Source of the DNA: Oscillospiraceae bacterium
GTDB lineage: Bacteria; Bacillota; Clostridia; Oscillospirales; Acutalibacteraceae
DNA: 64,000 bases
Assembly: GCA_022483045.1 (NCBI GenBank)
Contig: JAKVOA010000001.1
Location: 207,750 to 271,749 of the forward strand
Direction: 5' to 3'
The position numbers were made by a program, and so were the translations under genes. This document shows, in pieces, positions 49,640-58,765 of this stretch (its first letter is position 1; each line of letters begins with the position of its first letter). The notes under the pieces were generated by a model. It searched no databases, was not told where the DNA came from, and saw only the letters and a program-made list of their open reading frames with translations.

Positions 49640-50782
49640 ATGAATTTTAAGTTCAACGATGAAGAAAAAGATATCTTAGGCATGGTACATGATTACTGTG
49701 TAAAGAATGTTGGCCCGCGCGCTGCTGAAATTGATGAGCAGGAAAAATTCCCGGAGGATGCTTGGCATGAGCTGTCCGAAATGGGCATGATGGGTATGCC
49801 TTATCCGGAAGAGTACGGCGGCTCTGGCATGAGCTACCTGTGCTACATTGCTACAGTTGAAGAAATCTGCAAGTACTGCGCCTCTACCGGCACAATGCTT
49901 TCTGCACATACTTCTCTGTGCACATGGCCTATCTTTACCTTTGGTACAGAAGAACAGAAGAAAAAGTATATGCCTGACCTGTGCTCCGGCAAAAAGCTGG
50001 GTGCTTTCGCTCTGACAGAGCCTGGCGCCGGCACTGATTCTGCTATGCAGAAGACAGTTGCAGAGGACAAGGGTGACTACTTCCTGCTCAACGGCAGCAA
50101 GGTATTCATTACCAATGCTGGCTTTGCGTCTGTGTTTGTTGTCTTTGCTATGACTGATAAGTCAAAGGGCAACCACGGTATTTCCGCCTTCATCATTGAT
50201 CGCGACACTCCTGGCTTCACGATTGGCGCACATGAAAAGAAGATGGGTATTCGCGGTTCTTCCACCTGCGAGCTGGTTTTTAACGACTGCAAAGTCTCTA
50301 AGGATCATCTGCTGGGTGAAGTAGGCAAGGGCTTTAAGATTGCTATGGCTACTTTGGATGGCGGCCGCATCGGCATCGGTGCACAGGCTGTTGGTATTGC
50401 ACAGGGCGACATTGATCAGACTATTCCTTACCTGACTGCTCGTACACAGTTTGGCAAGCGCATCAGCCAGTTCCAGAACACACAGTTCCAGCTGGCTGGT
50501 CTGCAGACCAGAACTGATGCAGCCCGTCTGCTGGTTTATCGTGCAGCACAGGCAAAACAGGACGGCGAGCCGTACAGCGAACTGGCCGCTATGGCTAAGC
50601 TGGACGCTGCTGTTGTTGCCGGCGATGTAGCACGTGAGTGCCTGCAGCTGGTTGGCGGCTACGGCTATACCCGTGACTATCCGTATGAGCGTGCAATGCG
50701 TGATGCAAAGATTACCGAGATCTATGAAGGTACTTCTGAAGTACAGCGCATGGTCATTGCAAAATGGATGGGCGTTAAATAA
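49640..50782 (+). CDS. short-chain acyl-CoA dehydrogenase (Bcd-like)
   Basis: 380 aa with ACAD motifs GAFALTEPGAGTD and EIYEGTSEVQR. Confidence 0.88.
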   Translation: MNFKFNDEEKDILGMVHDYCVKNVGPRAAEIDEQEKFPEDAWHELSEMGMMGMPYPEEYGGSGMSYLCYIATVEEICKYCASTGTMLSAHTSLCTWPIFTFGTEEQKKKYMPDLCSGKKLGAFALTEPGAGTDSAMQKTVAEDKGDYFLLNGSKVFITNAGFASVFVVFAMTDKSKGNHGISAFIIDRDTPGFTIGAHEKKMGIRGSSTCELVFNDCKVSKDHLLGEVGKGFKIAMATLDGGRIGIGAQAVGIAQGDIDQTIPYLTARTQFGKRISQFQNTQFQLAGLQTRTDAARLLVYRAAQAKQDGEPYSELAAMAKLDAAVVAGDVARECLQLVGGYGYTRDYPYERAMRDAKITEIYEGTSEVQRMVIAKWMGVK

Positions 50783-50804
50783 TTTCAACTCCTATAGGTT
50801 TGCA

Positions 50805-50860
50805 TAAAAAAGGACCCTGCGGCAGGCTTTACACTGCCGCAGGGTCCTTTGCTCATTTTA
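50805..50860. terminator. terminator of the lactate/etf operon
   Basis: 15-bp perfect stem AGGACCCTGCGGCAG / CTGCCGCAGGGTCCT with flanking A and T runs. Confidence 0.8.
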
Positions 50861-50875
50861 TGAAAAAACTTATAA

Positions 50876-51073
50876 TTAAAACGGCAGGACACCCAGATGA
50901 TTTGTCTTTTGGTGCCCTGCCGTTTGCAATTTTGTGTGTATGAGAAGGATTTCTCCAACCGGGGTGCAGCCCTCCATACTTGCAAAGAGCAAGCGCCTTT
51001 TTTGCAGCTGCCTGTCAAAATAGGCATTGGCCCAGCCGTAAATACCCGGCCAAAGGCCGCAGAATATGCTCAT
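50876..51073 (-). CDS. hypothetical 65-aa protein (possibly a gene remnant)
   Basis: The ORF starts 19 nt after the GNAT stop and its stop lies inside the hairpin at 50880-50924. GGAAGG lies too close to the ATG. No family recognised. Confidence 0.25.
   Translation of the reverse strand: MSIFCGLWPGIYGWANAYFDRQLQKRRLLFASMEGCTPVGEILLIHTKLQTAGHQKTNHLGVLPF
50880..50924 (-). terminator. hairpin/terminator for the minus-strand GNAT transcription unit
   Basis: ACGGCAGG-a-CACC ... GGTG-c-CCTGCCGT stem, followed on the minus strand by T-rich TTTAATTATAAGTTTTTT. Confidence 0.45.
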
Positions 51074-51091
51074 TCCTTCCGTAATGGAATC

Positions 51092-51538
51092 CTAAATGAA
51101 ATTTTTTTCCATCTTTACATGCTCGATTCCTGCCTCTATAAATAGATCAGACATTTTTCTATACCCGCATTTTTCATAAAAGCCGCATACTTCAAATTTA
51201 GCATCCATGACGATTTTGATTATACCTTTTTCACGATATTTTTTTTCGATATACTCCATAACCGCTTTGCCTAAACCATCTTTGCGGAAATGCTTGTAAA
51301 AACAGAATCGCTGAATTCGGATTACAGTATCAGATACTTTTAAACAGCGAATGGTACCTGCATTTTCATTCTTAAATTGAATTAGAAAGTGTGTACATTG
51401 GTCATTCAGGCAGTCGTATTCGTCGATTTCAATAGATTTAGGGACACCCTTTTCAAGGGTAAAAGCAGCATTTCGTATTTGCAAACACTGTTTTAAAGTA
51501 TTGTTGTCTGTAGCGGGCAGCATTTTTAAATTTTCCAC
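51092..51538 (-). CDS. GNAT-family N-acetyltransferase
   Basis: 148 aa with acetyl-CoA-binding-type block RIQRFCFYKHFRKDGLGKAVM. GTG start 5 nt after GGAG. G+C is markedly lower than in the neighbours. Confidence 0.75.
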   Translation of the reverse strand: MENLKMLPATDNNTLKQCLQIRNAAFTLEKGVPKSIEIDEYDCLNDQCTHFLIQFKNENAGTIRCLKVSDTVIRIQRFCFYKHFRKDGLGKAVMEYIEKKYREKGIIKIVMDAKFEVCGFYEKCGYRKMSDLFIEAGIEHVKMEKNFI

Positions 51539-51596
51539 TTTTTCTCCAAGGCTTCAGGTTTCGGTATTTAGTATTGTAAAATGAATCTACAGACGA

Positions 51597-51622
51597 TAAA
51601 AAAGGCAGGCGATGCCTGCCTA
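51597..51622 (-). terminator. terminator downstream of dcd
   Basis: 8-bp stem AGGCAGGC / GCCTGCCT with a 3-nt loop, followed on the minus strand by a T-run. Confidence 0.6.
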
Positions 51623-51644
51623 AAAGCGGTTTGATAAGCTCTGC

Positions 51645-52184
51645 TTAATCATTAATTTCATCATCAAGATAGATTTTAGAGCCTGTGGCACCGCGCTGCC
51701 CCTGGTATTTCCCATGGTAGGGGTGCTGTGCTTCGCCGTCAAGCTGCTCAAGTACCAGCTGTCCAATGCGCCGGCCGCTTTGCAGTTCGATTGCGCATTT
51801 GTTGGCGTTAAAAAGTTCCAGCGTAATTTCGCCTTCAAACCCAGGGTCTACCCAGCCGGCATTTTGAATGAAAAGCCCCAGCCGACCAATGGAACTGCGG
51901 CCTTCAACAAAGGCGGTTAGATTATTTGGCAGACCGATGTACTCCAGGGTAGTTGCCAGCACAAACTGCCCCGGCAGCAAAATGTATTTTTCTGTTTGAA
52001 TGGTTTTGTACGTAACAGCCTTTGTCATTTGCACAATCGGCTCACTGTCATCCTCTACAATACTGAAAGTGCTGCCCAGCCGGATATCAACACTGGCCGG
52101 CTGAATCTGCTGATCCTCCAGCGGCGAAATCTGCAGTGTTCCGTTTTGCAGCATATACCGTATGCTTTTGTCAGAAAGAATCAT
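51645..52184 (-). CDS. dcd: dCTP deaminase
   Basis: MILSDKSI..., ...QPASVDIRLG... and ...EGRSSIGRLG... match the dUTPase-superfamily Dcd pattern. 179 aa. Confidence 0.88.
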   Translation of the reverse strand: MILSDKSIRYMLQNGTLQISPLEDQQIQPASVDIRLGSTFSIVEDDSEPIVQMTKAVTYKTIQTEKYILLPGQFVLATTLEYIGLPNNLTAFVEGRSSIGRLGLFIQNAGWVDPGFEGEITLELFNANKCAIELQSGRRIGQLVLEQLDGEAQHPYHGKYQGQRGATGSKIYLDDEIND

Positions 52185-52400
52185 AGTAACCCTCTTAATT
52201 ATATATATTCCTTATTATTATACAGGAAAGTGCCGCCTGTGGCAACGTTTTTTTAAGCAGTGGTATGTTCCTATTAGAAAATAAAATTGATACCAGAAAA
52301 TAGCATATTAGCTTGAAATTAGTCAAATCAAAGTATATTATAATAAATAATTACAGTAATTTTATGAAAAATTTGTATGAAGCAAAAGGGTGACGAAAAA

Positions 52401-54572
52401 ATGGAGAAAGGCAGACCCTTTGCTGCACATATTGCAGAGAACGGCCGAGTGCAGACTGTGCAGGAACATCTTCTCGGCACTGCACAGAGGGCACGTGCGT
52501 TTGCGGCGGTATTTGGTGCGGGCGACATGGCCTATCAGTGCGGGCTGGCACACGATGTGGGAAAATTTTCAGATGCTTTCCAGCACCGCATTTGGGACAA
52601 CGGCCCCAAAGTGGACCATACCTCTGCAGGAGCAAAAATCATAGGGCCGCTGACCGGTTATCCGGCTGCTTACAGCATTGCTGGTCACCACGCTGGCTTG
52701 ATGGACGGCGGCAGTTCCGGCGATGTAACATTTGCAGGGACCCTGCAGGCCCGCCTTTCTAAGCCTGTCGACCCAAAGGTACTGGAACGCTACCCAAAGG
52801 AAGTACAGCTGCATAGGCCGGCCTTTCCGCCGCTGAAAATGCTTGGCAGCGGCGGCTTTACAGAGTCTTTCTTTACGCGCATGCTTTTTTCGTGTTTGGT
52901 AGATGCTGATTTTTTAGATACAGAAGCATTTATGAAAAATGGCAAGACCAACCGCTCGCATGGATGTGACATATATTCTCTTTCTGACAAGCTGGATGCG
53001 TATGTGCAGCCGTGGTGGAGCGCAAAAACAGAGCTGAACAAAAAACGCTGTAAAATTTTGCGCACCTGCCTAACGGCCGGCGAAAAAATGGAAAAGGGTT
53101 TATTCACGCTGACGGTCCCTACTGGTGGCGGAAAGACTATTTCTTCTCTGGCCTTTGCGTTGCACCATGCCAAAGAACATGGGATGAAGCGGATCATCTA
53201 TGTAATTCCGTATTGTTCGATTATTGAGCAGACTGCCGACGTTTTTCGCGAAGCTTTGGGTACACAGAACGTGTTGGAGCATCACTCCGGTGCACAGTAC
53301 GATGACAGCGAGAATGAGGAAATGTCGCCTAAGCGTCTGGCTGCTGAAAACTGGGACATGCCGGTTGTTGTGACAACAGCGGTGCAGTTCTTTCAGTCTT
53401 TATTTGCCAGTAAAACTTCTGCCTGCAGAAAACTGCACAATCTTGCCGACAGCGTCATCATTTTTGATGAGGCGCAGACTCTGCCACTGCCGTATTTAAA
53501 GCCCTGTGTGCGCGCTATTGCAGAGCTGACAGTTAATTACGGTTCCTCTTGCGTGCTGTGTACGGCAACCCAGCCTGCATTAGGGCCTCTTTTTCGCGAA
53601 GTATCGCCGAAAATTGAGGCGCACGAAATTTGCCCGGACACAAAAAATATGTATTCCTTTTTCCGCCGGGTCCGCTACGAAAAAGTTGGAGAACTGACAG
53701 ACGAGGTACTGGCAAGCCGCCTTTCTGAAGAGCAGCAGGTCCTGTGCATTGTTACAACCCGCAATCAGGCGCAGAATGTTTACCAAATGCTAAAGGGACC
53801 CGGAAGTTTTCATCTCTCTACACTGATGACGCCAAATCATCGGCGTGCGGTGCTAAAAGAGATTCGACACAGGTTGCAAGAGGGGCAGCCGTGCCGTGTG
53901 GTTTCCACGAGCCTGATTGAAGCTGGCGTGGACGTCGATTTTCCAACTGTTTACCGCGCCTGTGCCGGGCTTGACAGCGAAATACAGGCAGGCGGTCGCT
54001 GCAACCGTGAAAACAAGCGGCCTGCAGAAAAAAGCGTGGTTTACCTGTTTCAGCCGGAAAGTAAATACCGCCGGCATCTGCCTGCCGTTTTAAGTTTGCC
54101 GGCACAGACGGCAGAAAAGGTGACGCGCGGTGTTGATGAAATTGATATGCCAGAGGTGATTACAGCTTATTTTTCAGAGCTGTATCAGCTTAAGGGCGAA
54201 ACCCTGGATTCTCAGCAGATTGTGCCGGACTTTGAGGAAGGTATAGAGAACCATCACAGCTTTCCGTTTCGCACGGTTGCACAGCATTTTCGCTTAATCC
54301 CGGACAACACCCGCGCAATTTTGATTCCGCGCGACGATGAAAGCCGACTGCTTGCTGCCCGTCTGCAGGCGGGCGAGCGCAGCAGAGAGCTGTTTCGTCA
54401 GCTGGGGCAGTGTAGTGTCAATGTTTATGAGCGCGATTTTATGGCGCTGATGCCGTCTCTGGATACTTCTACGCTGGACGAGAGCATTGCAATTCTGGTC
54501 AACCCGAAGCTTTATCACGATGACACAGGACTGCAGCTTTCAGATGAGGGCGGCTATGGATATCTGGTATAA
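52401..54572 (+). CDS. cas3: CRISPR-associated helicase/nuclease Cas3 (HD domain + DEAH helicase), type I-C context
   Basis: N-terminal HD motif (GLAHDVGK), Walker A TVPTGGGKT and DEAH-type IFDEAQ. ATG 52401 is preferred over 52377, which has no RBS. Confidence 0.9.
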   Translation: MEKGRPFAAHIAENGRVQTVQEHLLGTAQRARAFAAVFGAGDMAYQCGLAHDVGKFSDAFQHRIWDNGPKVDHTSAGAKIIGPLTGYPAAYSIAGHHAGLMDGGSSGDVTFAGTLQARLSKPVDPKVLERYPKEVQLHRPAFPPLKMLGSGGFTESFFTRMLFSCLVDADFLDTEAFMKNGKTNRSHGCDIYSLSDKLDAYVQPWWSAKTELNKKRCKILRTCLTAGEKMEKGLFTLTVPTGGGKTISSLAFALHHAKEHGMKRIIYVIPYCSIIEQTADVFREALGTQNVLEHHSGAQYDDSENEEMSPKRLAAENWDMPVVVTTAVQFFQSLFASKTSACRKLHNLADSVIIFDEAQTLPLPYLKPCVRAIAELTVNYGSSCVLCTATQPALGPLFREVSPKIEAHEICPDTKNMYSFFRRVRYEKVGELTDEVLASRLSEEQQVLCIVTTRNQAQNVYQMLKGPGSFHLSTLMTPNHRRAVLKEIRHRLQEGQPCRVVSTSLIEAGVDVDFPTVYRACAGLDSEIQAGGRCNRENKRPAEKSVVYLFQPESKYRRHLPAVLSLPAQTAEKVTRGVDEIDMPEVITAYFSELYQLKGETLDSQQIVPDFEEGIENHHSFPFRTVAQHFRLIPDNTRAILIPRDDESRLLAARLQAGERSRELFRQLGQCSVNVYERDFMALMPSLDTSTLDESIAILVNPKLYHDDTGLQLSDEGGYGYLV

Positions 54573-54776
54573 GTGCTGAGTAGAAAGCTGTAGATCAATC
54601 CATATATAAAAAGCAATTCAGGGCTTTTATAAGATACCGTAAAACAATCAAATAAAAGTCTTTATATTATCATAGATAGTTGTCAAAAGCAGAGAGTGGA
54701 GATGAGCAAAGATGTTGTACAAAAAGAACCACAACACTTATCTTTCGGGCGATAACCCGAAAAAGGGGGTGACGCT

Positions 54777-55427
54777 ATGAGCTATGGAATAAAGGTAGAG
54801 GTATGGGGCGACTATGCACTTTTCAGCCGGCCTGAACTGAAAGTAGAGCGTGCCAGCTATGACGTGATAACGCCCTCTGCTGCACGTGGGTTGGTCGAGG
54901 CTATCTATTGGCACCCGGGGCTGCGCATTTTAATAGACCGCATTTATGTTTTAAATCCTATTTGCTTTACTAATATTCGCCGCAATGAGGTAAAAAGCAA
55001 GGTACAGGCAAGCGCAGTAAAACGCATGATGACAGGCGGCCCGGTTCCGATGCTCTGCACGAGCGCCGATATTCAGCAGCGGGCGGCGATGCTGCTGCGG
55101 GACGTGCACTATGTCATTGAGGCCCACTTTGAGTTGACCGACAAAGCTGCGCCTACGGATAATCCCGGCAAGTTCAAGGATATTTTTCGCCGCAGATTGG
55201 AAAGGGGCCAGTGCTATCATACCCCTTATTTTGGCTGCCGGGAATTTCCGGCGCATTTTCGTGCATGGCAGGGAGAAATAGTCCCGGCTGTTCCAGAGAC
55301 GCGGGATTTAGGGCTGATGCTGTACGACCTTGATTACAGCAACCCGTGCGACATTGAGCCTATGTTCTTTCACGCGCGTTTGCAAGATGGCATCATGCAG
55401 GTAGCAGGAGAGGAGATTCTCCGATGA
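54777..55427 (+). CDS. cas5: type I-C Cas5c (Cas5d) pre-crRNA endoribonuclease/Cascade subunit
   Basis: 216 aa with N-terminus GIKVEVWGDYALFSRPE typical of Cas5. Second gene position in the I-C order. Confidence 0.9.
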   Translation: MSYGIKVEVWGDYALFSRPELKVERASYDVITPSAARGLVEAIYWHPGLRILIDRIYVLNPICFTNIRRNEVKSKVQASAVKRMMTGGPVPMLCTSADIQQRAAMLLRDVHYVIEAHFELTDKAAPTDNPGKFKDIFRRRLERGQCYHTPYFGCREFPAHFRAWQGEIVPAVPETRDLGLMLYDLDYSNPCDIEPMFFHARLQDGIMQVAGEEILR

Positions 55428-57190
55428 TTTTACAGGAATTAACAGCCTATTATCAGGTGCTGCGCGCAAAGGGAAAAATCAGCCTGCCTGGCTGGAGCAG
55501 CGCAAAAGTTCCTTATGCGTTGCAGCTTTCGCCGCAGGGCAGCCTGACGGATATCCTTACGCTGAAGTATTTACCGGAAGGGGCCAAGAAAGAAATCCCA
55601 CAGTCCTTTTCCGTACCGGAGCAGGTGAAAAGGTCTGTTGGAATCATATCAAATTTCCTTTGTGACAGCAGCAGCTATTTGCTGGGAATAGATGCAAAGG
55701 GAAAACCAGAGCGCAGCAAAAAGTGCTTTGCCGCGGCGAAAGACCTGCATCATGCTGTTTTGGACGGCGTAGAAAGTCCTGCGGCAAAAGCTGTGCTTGC
55801 TTTCTTTGATACGTGGCAGCCGGAAACAGCTGCGGAAAATTCAGTACTTGCCCCTAAACTAGAAGAAATTTTGTCCGGGGTAAATCTCATCTTTCGTGTG
55901 GGCAGTGCGTATGCACAGGATGACACGGCCATTGCACAAGCATGGGAAAACAGCCGCAAAGCTTCATCAAGCGGCAAAAAAACAGGCCGCTGTCTGGTGA
56001 CAGGCAGGCGTGTACCGATTGCCCGCCTGCACCCGAGCATTAAAGGTGTAAAAGGGGCACAGTCTTCTGGTGCATCGTTGGTTTCTTTTAATGCGGACGC
56101 ATTTGAGTCATTTGGGCATGAACGGGGCGATGATACAGGGCAGGGCTATAATGCACCGGTCAGCGAAGACGCTGCCTTTGCATACACGACCGCTCTGAAT
56201 CACCTCTTGGCAGACAGAAAGCATGTACAACACATTGCTGATACTACGGTGGTTTACTGGGCGGAAGATGCTTCTGCCGGCAGTCAAGATCTGTTTGGTG
56301 CTGCTGCGTTTGGTATGGAAGATAAGACGATTACACAGGGAGATATGAAAAGTGCCATAGACGCTTTGGCACAGGGCAGACCATATAATGTAAATGGCCT
56401 GCCGCTGAATCCTGAAAATCACTTTTATGTGTTGGGGTTAGCACCTAGTGCGGCCCGGCTCTCTGTGCGTTTCTTCCTGCAGGATACATTTGGCAATATG
56501 CTGAAAAATCTGCAGGAGCATTACAACCGGCTGGAAATTGAGAAGCCGAGTTTTGAAACTCATCCGGTTCTATCCCTGTGGTGGCTGCTCAACGAAACGG
56601 CCAACCAGAAGTCACAGGACAAAGCGCCCCCGGCACCCATGTCAGGGGCAGTGCTGCGGGCGATTCTAACCAATACTCCTTACCCTTCCTCGTTGTTTGA
56701 GGCGGTCATGCTGCGTATTCGCGCTGAACAGGATATTGGCTGGAGAAAAGCTGCTATTTTAAAAGCTTATTTTTTGAAAAATAAAAGCATTTATGTTCCT
56801 GAGGAGGTTTTAAAAGTGAAACTCGATGAGCAAAGCAACTATACACCGTATGTGCTGGGACGCCTGTTTGCTGTTTTGGAAAAAATCCAGACAGATGCAA
56901 CCCCTGGCATTAATACAACCATTCGTGACAGATATTTTAACAGTGCCTGTGCCACGCCGGCCGCTATTTTTCCGCTGCTGATTAATCTCTCACAGCACCA
57001 TCAGCGAAAACTTGCAGAAGGTTCTCGTATTTACTATGATAAAATGATTACGGAACTTGAGAGCCGCATTCAGCAGACCTTGCCCAGCCGCATGAATCTG
57101 CAGGAGCAGGGCGCTTTCCATTTGGGCTATTACCACCAGAAGCAGGCACTTTACACGAAGAAAAATAAGGGGGATTCCGACAATGGCTGA
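55424..57190 (+). CDS. cas8c: type I-C Cas8c (Csd1) large subunit
   Basis: 588 aa. ATGA overlap with cas5. Located between cas5 and cas7 as in I-C loci. Confidence 0.88.
   Translation: MILQELTAYYQVLRAKGKISLPGWSSAKVPYALQLSPQGSLTDILTLKYLPEGAKKEIPQSFSVPEQVKRSVGIISNFLCDSSSYLLGIDAKGKPERSKKCFAAAKDLHHAVLDGVESPAAKAVLAFFDTWQPETAAENSVLAPKLEEILSGVNLIFRVGSAYAQDDTAIAQAWENSRKASSSGKKTGRCLVTGRRVPIARLHPSIKGVKGAQSSGASLVSFNADAFESFGHERGDDTGQGYNAPVSEDAAFAYTTALNHLLADRKHVQHIADTTVVYWAEDASAGSQDLFGAAAFGMEDKTITQGDMKSAIDALAQGRPYNVNGLPLNPENHFYVLGLAPSAARLSVRFFLQDTFGNMLKNLQEHYNRLEIEKPSFETHPVLSLWWLLNETANQKSQDKAPPAPMSGAVLRAILTNTPYPSSLFEAVMLRIRAEQDIGWRKAAILKAYFLKNKSIYVPEEVLKVKLDEQSNYTPYVLGRLFAVLEKIQTDATPGINTTIRDRYFNSACATPAAIFPLLINLSQHHQRKLAEGSRIYYDKMITELESRIQQTLPSRMNLQEQGAFHLGYYHQKQALYTKKNKGDSDNG
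56816..57190 (+). CDS. cas11: candidate Cas11c small subunit produced by internal initiation within cas8c
   Basis: In-frame GTG at 56816, preceded by GAGGAGG (56801-56807) with an 8-nt spacer. It would give a 124-aa product, the size reported for I-C Cas11c. Confidence 0.45.
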   Translation: MKLDEQSNYTPYVLGRLFAVLEKIQTDATPGINTTIRDRYFNSACATPAAIFPLLINLSQHHQRKLAEGSRIYYDKMITELESRIQQTLPSRMNLQEQGAFHLGYYHQKQALYTKKNKGDSDNG

Positions 57191-58100
57191 AGCAATTAAA
57201 AATCGCTATGAATTCGTAATTTTATTTGATGTAGAAAATGGCAATCCCAATGGCGATCCTGATGCCGGCAATATGCCGCGTATCGACCCGGAGACAGGCC
57301 TGGGTTTGGTGACAGATGTCTGCTTAAAGCGTAAAATCCGCAACTATGTCGAGATCGTAAAAGAGGATAAACCCGGCTACCGCATTTACATTAAGGACAA
57401 AGTGCCGCTTAATCGCAGCGATAATGAAGCTTTCGCACAGGTTGGCATTGACAGAGCCGCCGAAAAGAAAACAGACGAGCTGAAAAAACTTTTAAAGAAA
57501 GCAAAAGAGAAGCAGGACGTTGACAGCGTGATTCGTGACTATATGTGCAGCCAGTTTTTTGATATCCGTACATTCGGTGCGGTTATGACAACGATGGTTA
57601 AGGGTGCGCTGAACTGCGGGCAGGTGCGCGGCCCGGTGCAGCTTGGCTTTGCACGCTCTATTGATCCAATTCTGCCGCAGGAGATTACCATTACCCGTGT
57701 GGCCATTTCTACAGAAGCAGATGCAGAAAAGAAAGGCACCGAAATGGGACGTAAATACATTGTTCCTTACGGCCTTTACCGCTGCGAAGGGTATGTTTCG
57801 GCAAATTTAGCGCGCAAAGTGACTGGCTTTTCTGAAGAGGACCTGCAGCTGCTCTGGAAAGCAATTCTCAACATGTTTGAATATGACCATTCGGCTGCAC
57901 GCGGTCAGATGGCTGTGCGTGAGTTGATTGTATTTCAGCACAGCAGTGAACTGGGCGAAGCCCCCGCTTATAAACTCTTTGATACGGTACATGTACAGAG
58001 AAAACCGGAAGTTTCGGTTCCGCGCAGCTATAGCGACTATACGGTTACAGTCGAACAGGATAAACTGCCGGAAGGTGTTTCGTGCACCCGGATGGTATGA
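57183..58100 (+). CDS. cas7: type I-C Cas7c (Csd2) backbone subunit
   Basis: 305 aa with N-terminus NRYEFVILFDVENGNPNGDPD typical of Csd2/Cas7. Confidence 0.9.
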   Translation: MAEAIKNRYEFVILFDVENGNPNGDPDAGNMPRIDPETGLGLVTDVCLKRKIRNYVEIVKEDKPGYRIYIKDKVPLNRSDNEAFAQVGIDRAAEKKTDELKKLLKKAKEKQDVDSVIRDYMCSQFFDIRTFGAVMTTMVKGALNCGQVRGPVQLGFARSIDPILPQEITITRVAISTEADAEKKGTEMGRKYIVPYGLYRCEGYVSANLARKVTGFSEEDLQLLWKAILNMFEYDHSAARGQMAVRELIVFQHSSELGEAPAYKLFDTVHVQRKPEVSVPRSYSDYTVTVEQDKLPEGVSCTRMV

Positions 58101-58765
58101 TTCCACTGCCGGAAGAAGAATATCGGCAGCTTTCCGAGCTGCAGCACTTTGCTTTTTGCCGGCGGCAGTGGGCGCTGATTCACGTAGAACAGCAGTGGGG
58201 AGAAAACCTGCGCACGATTGAGGGGGAAATCCTGCATGAGCGTGCGCATGATGAGCAAAAGACCGAACATAGGGGAGACCTGCTGATTGTACACGGCCTG
58301 CGCGTTGTCTCACATCAGCTGCAGGCAACGGGCGTCTGTGACATTGTGGAGTTTCGCCGCAGCCCAGACGGCGTTTCGCTTTACGGGCAGGAGGGGCTCT
58401 GGAAGCCCCGGCCAGTGGAGTATAAACGCGGCCGCCCAAAAACGCACGATGCAGATGAACTGCAGCTTTGCGGACAGGCTGTGTGTTTGGAAGAAATGCT
58501 TTGCTGTGAAATTACAGAGGGAGATTTGTTTTACGGAGAACCACATAGACGCACAGCGGTTTCCTTTACGCCGCAGCTGCGCGCCCGTGTTGCAGACCTG
58601 CTTCGCGAAATGAACAGCCTTTTCCAAAAAGGTTATACACCCAAGGCAACACCTGGAAAATTTTGCAGCGCATGTTCTCTAAAAGATGTTTGTCTGCCGC
58701 AGCTAAAAAGGGCACCAACTGTAACAGATTACCTGGCATCGCATGCACGAGAGGAAAAATCATGA
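58097..58765 (+). CDS. cas4: Cas4 (RecB-like nuclease with a 4-Cys cluster)
   Basis: Cys in FAFCRRQW plus C-terminal CSACSLKDVC. ATG 58097 overlaps the cas7 stop (ATGA). Confidence 0.88.
   Translation: MIPLPEEEYRQLSELQHFAFCRRQWALIHVEQQWGENLRTIEGEILHERAHDEQKTEHRGDLLIVHGLRVVSHQLQATGVCDIVEFRRSPDGVSLYGQEGLWKPRPVEYKRGRPKTHDADELQLCGQAVCLEEMLCCEITEGDLFYGEPHRRTAVSFTPQLRARVADLLREMNSLFQKGYTPKATPGKFCSACSLKDVCLPQLKRAPTVTDYLASHAREEKS

Noticed and set aside
51092-51538. GNAT as the toxin of a GNAT/RHH toxin-antitoxin pair
   Set aside because: No small antitoxin gene lies upstream. The only adjacent small ORF is downstream and has a poor RBS. The GNAT sequence gives no specific resemblance to TacT/AtaT-type toxins that I can see.
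51645-52184. dCTP deaminase next to CRISPR-Cas as a nucleotide-depletion anti-phage defence gene
   Set aside because: At 179 aa it has the size and motifs of a housekeeping Dcd. The described defensive dCTP deaminases are larger, multi-domain proteins. It also has its own terminator and sits on the opposite strand to the cas genes.
54702-54755. 17-codon ORF (MSKDVVQKEPQHLSFGR) in the cas3-cas5 spacer; considered as a leader peptide or small regulator
   Set aside because: GGAG abuts the ATG with no spacing, and the ORF is very short. The downstream TTTCGGG/CCCGAAA hairpin (54743-54762) adequately explains the conserved-looking structure. There is no evidence of coding.
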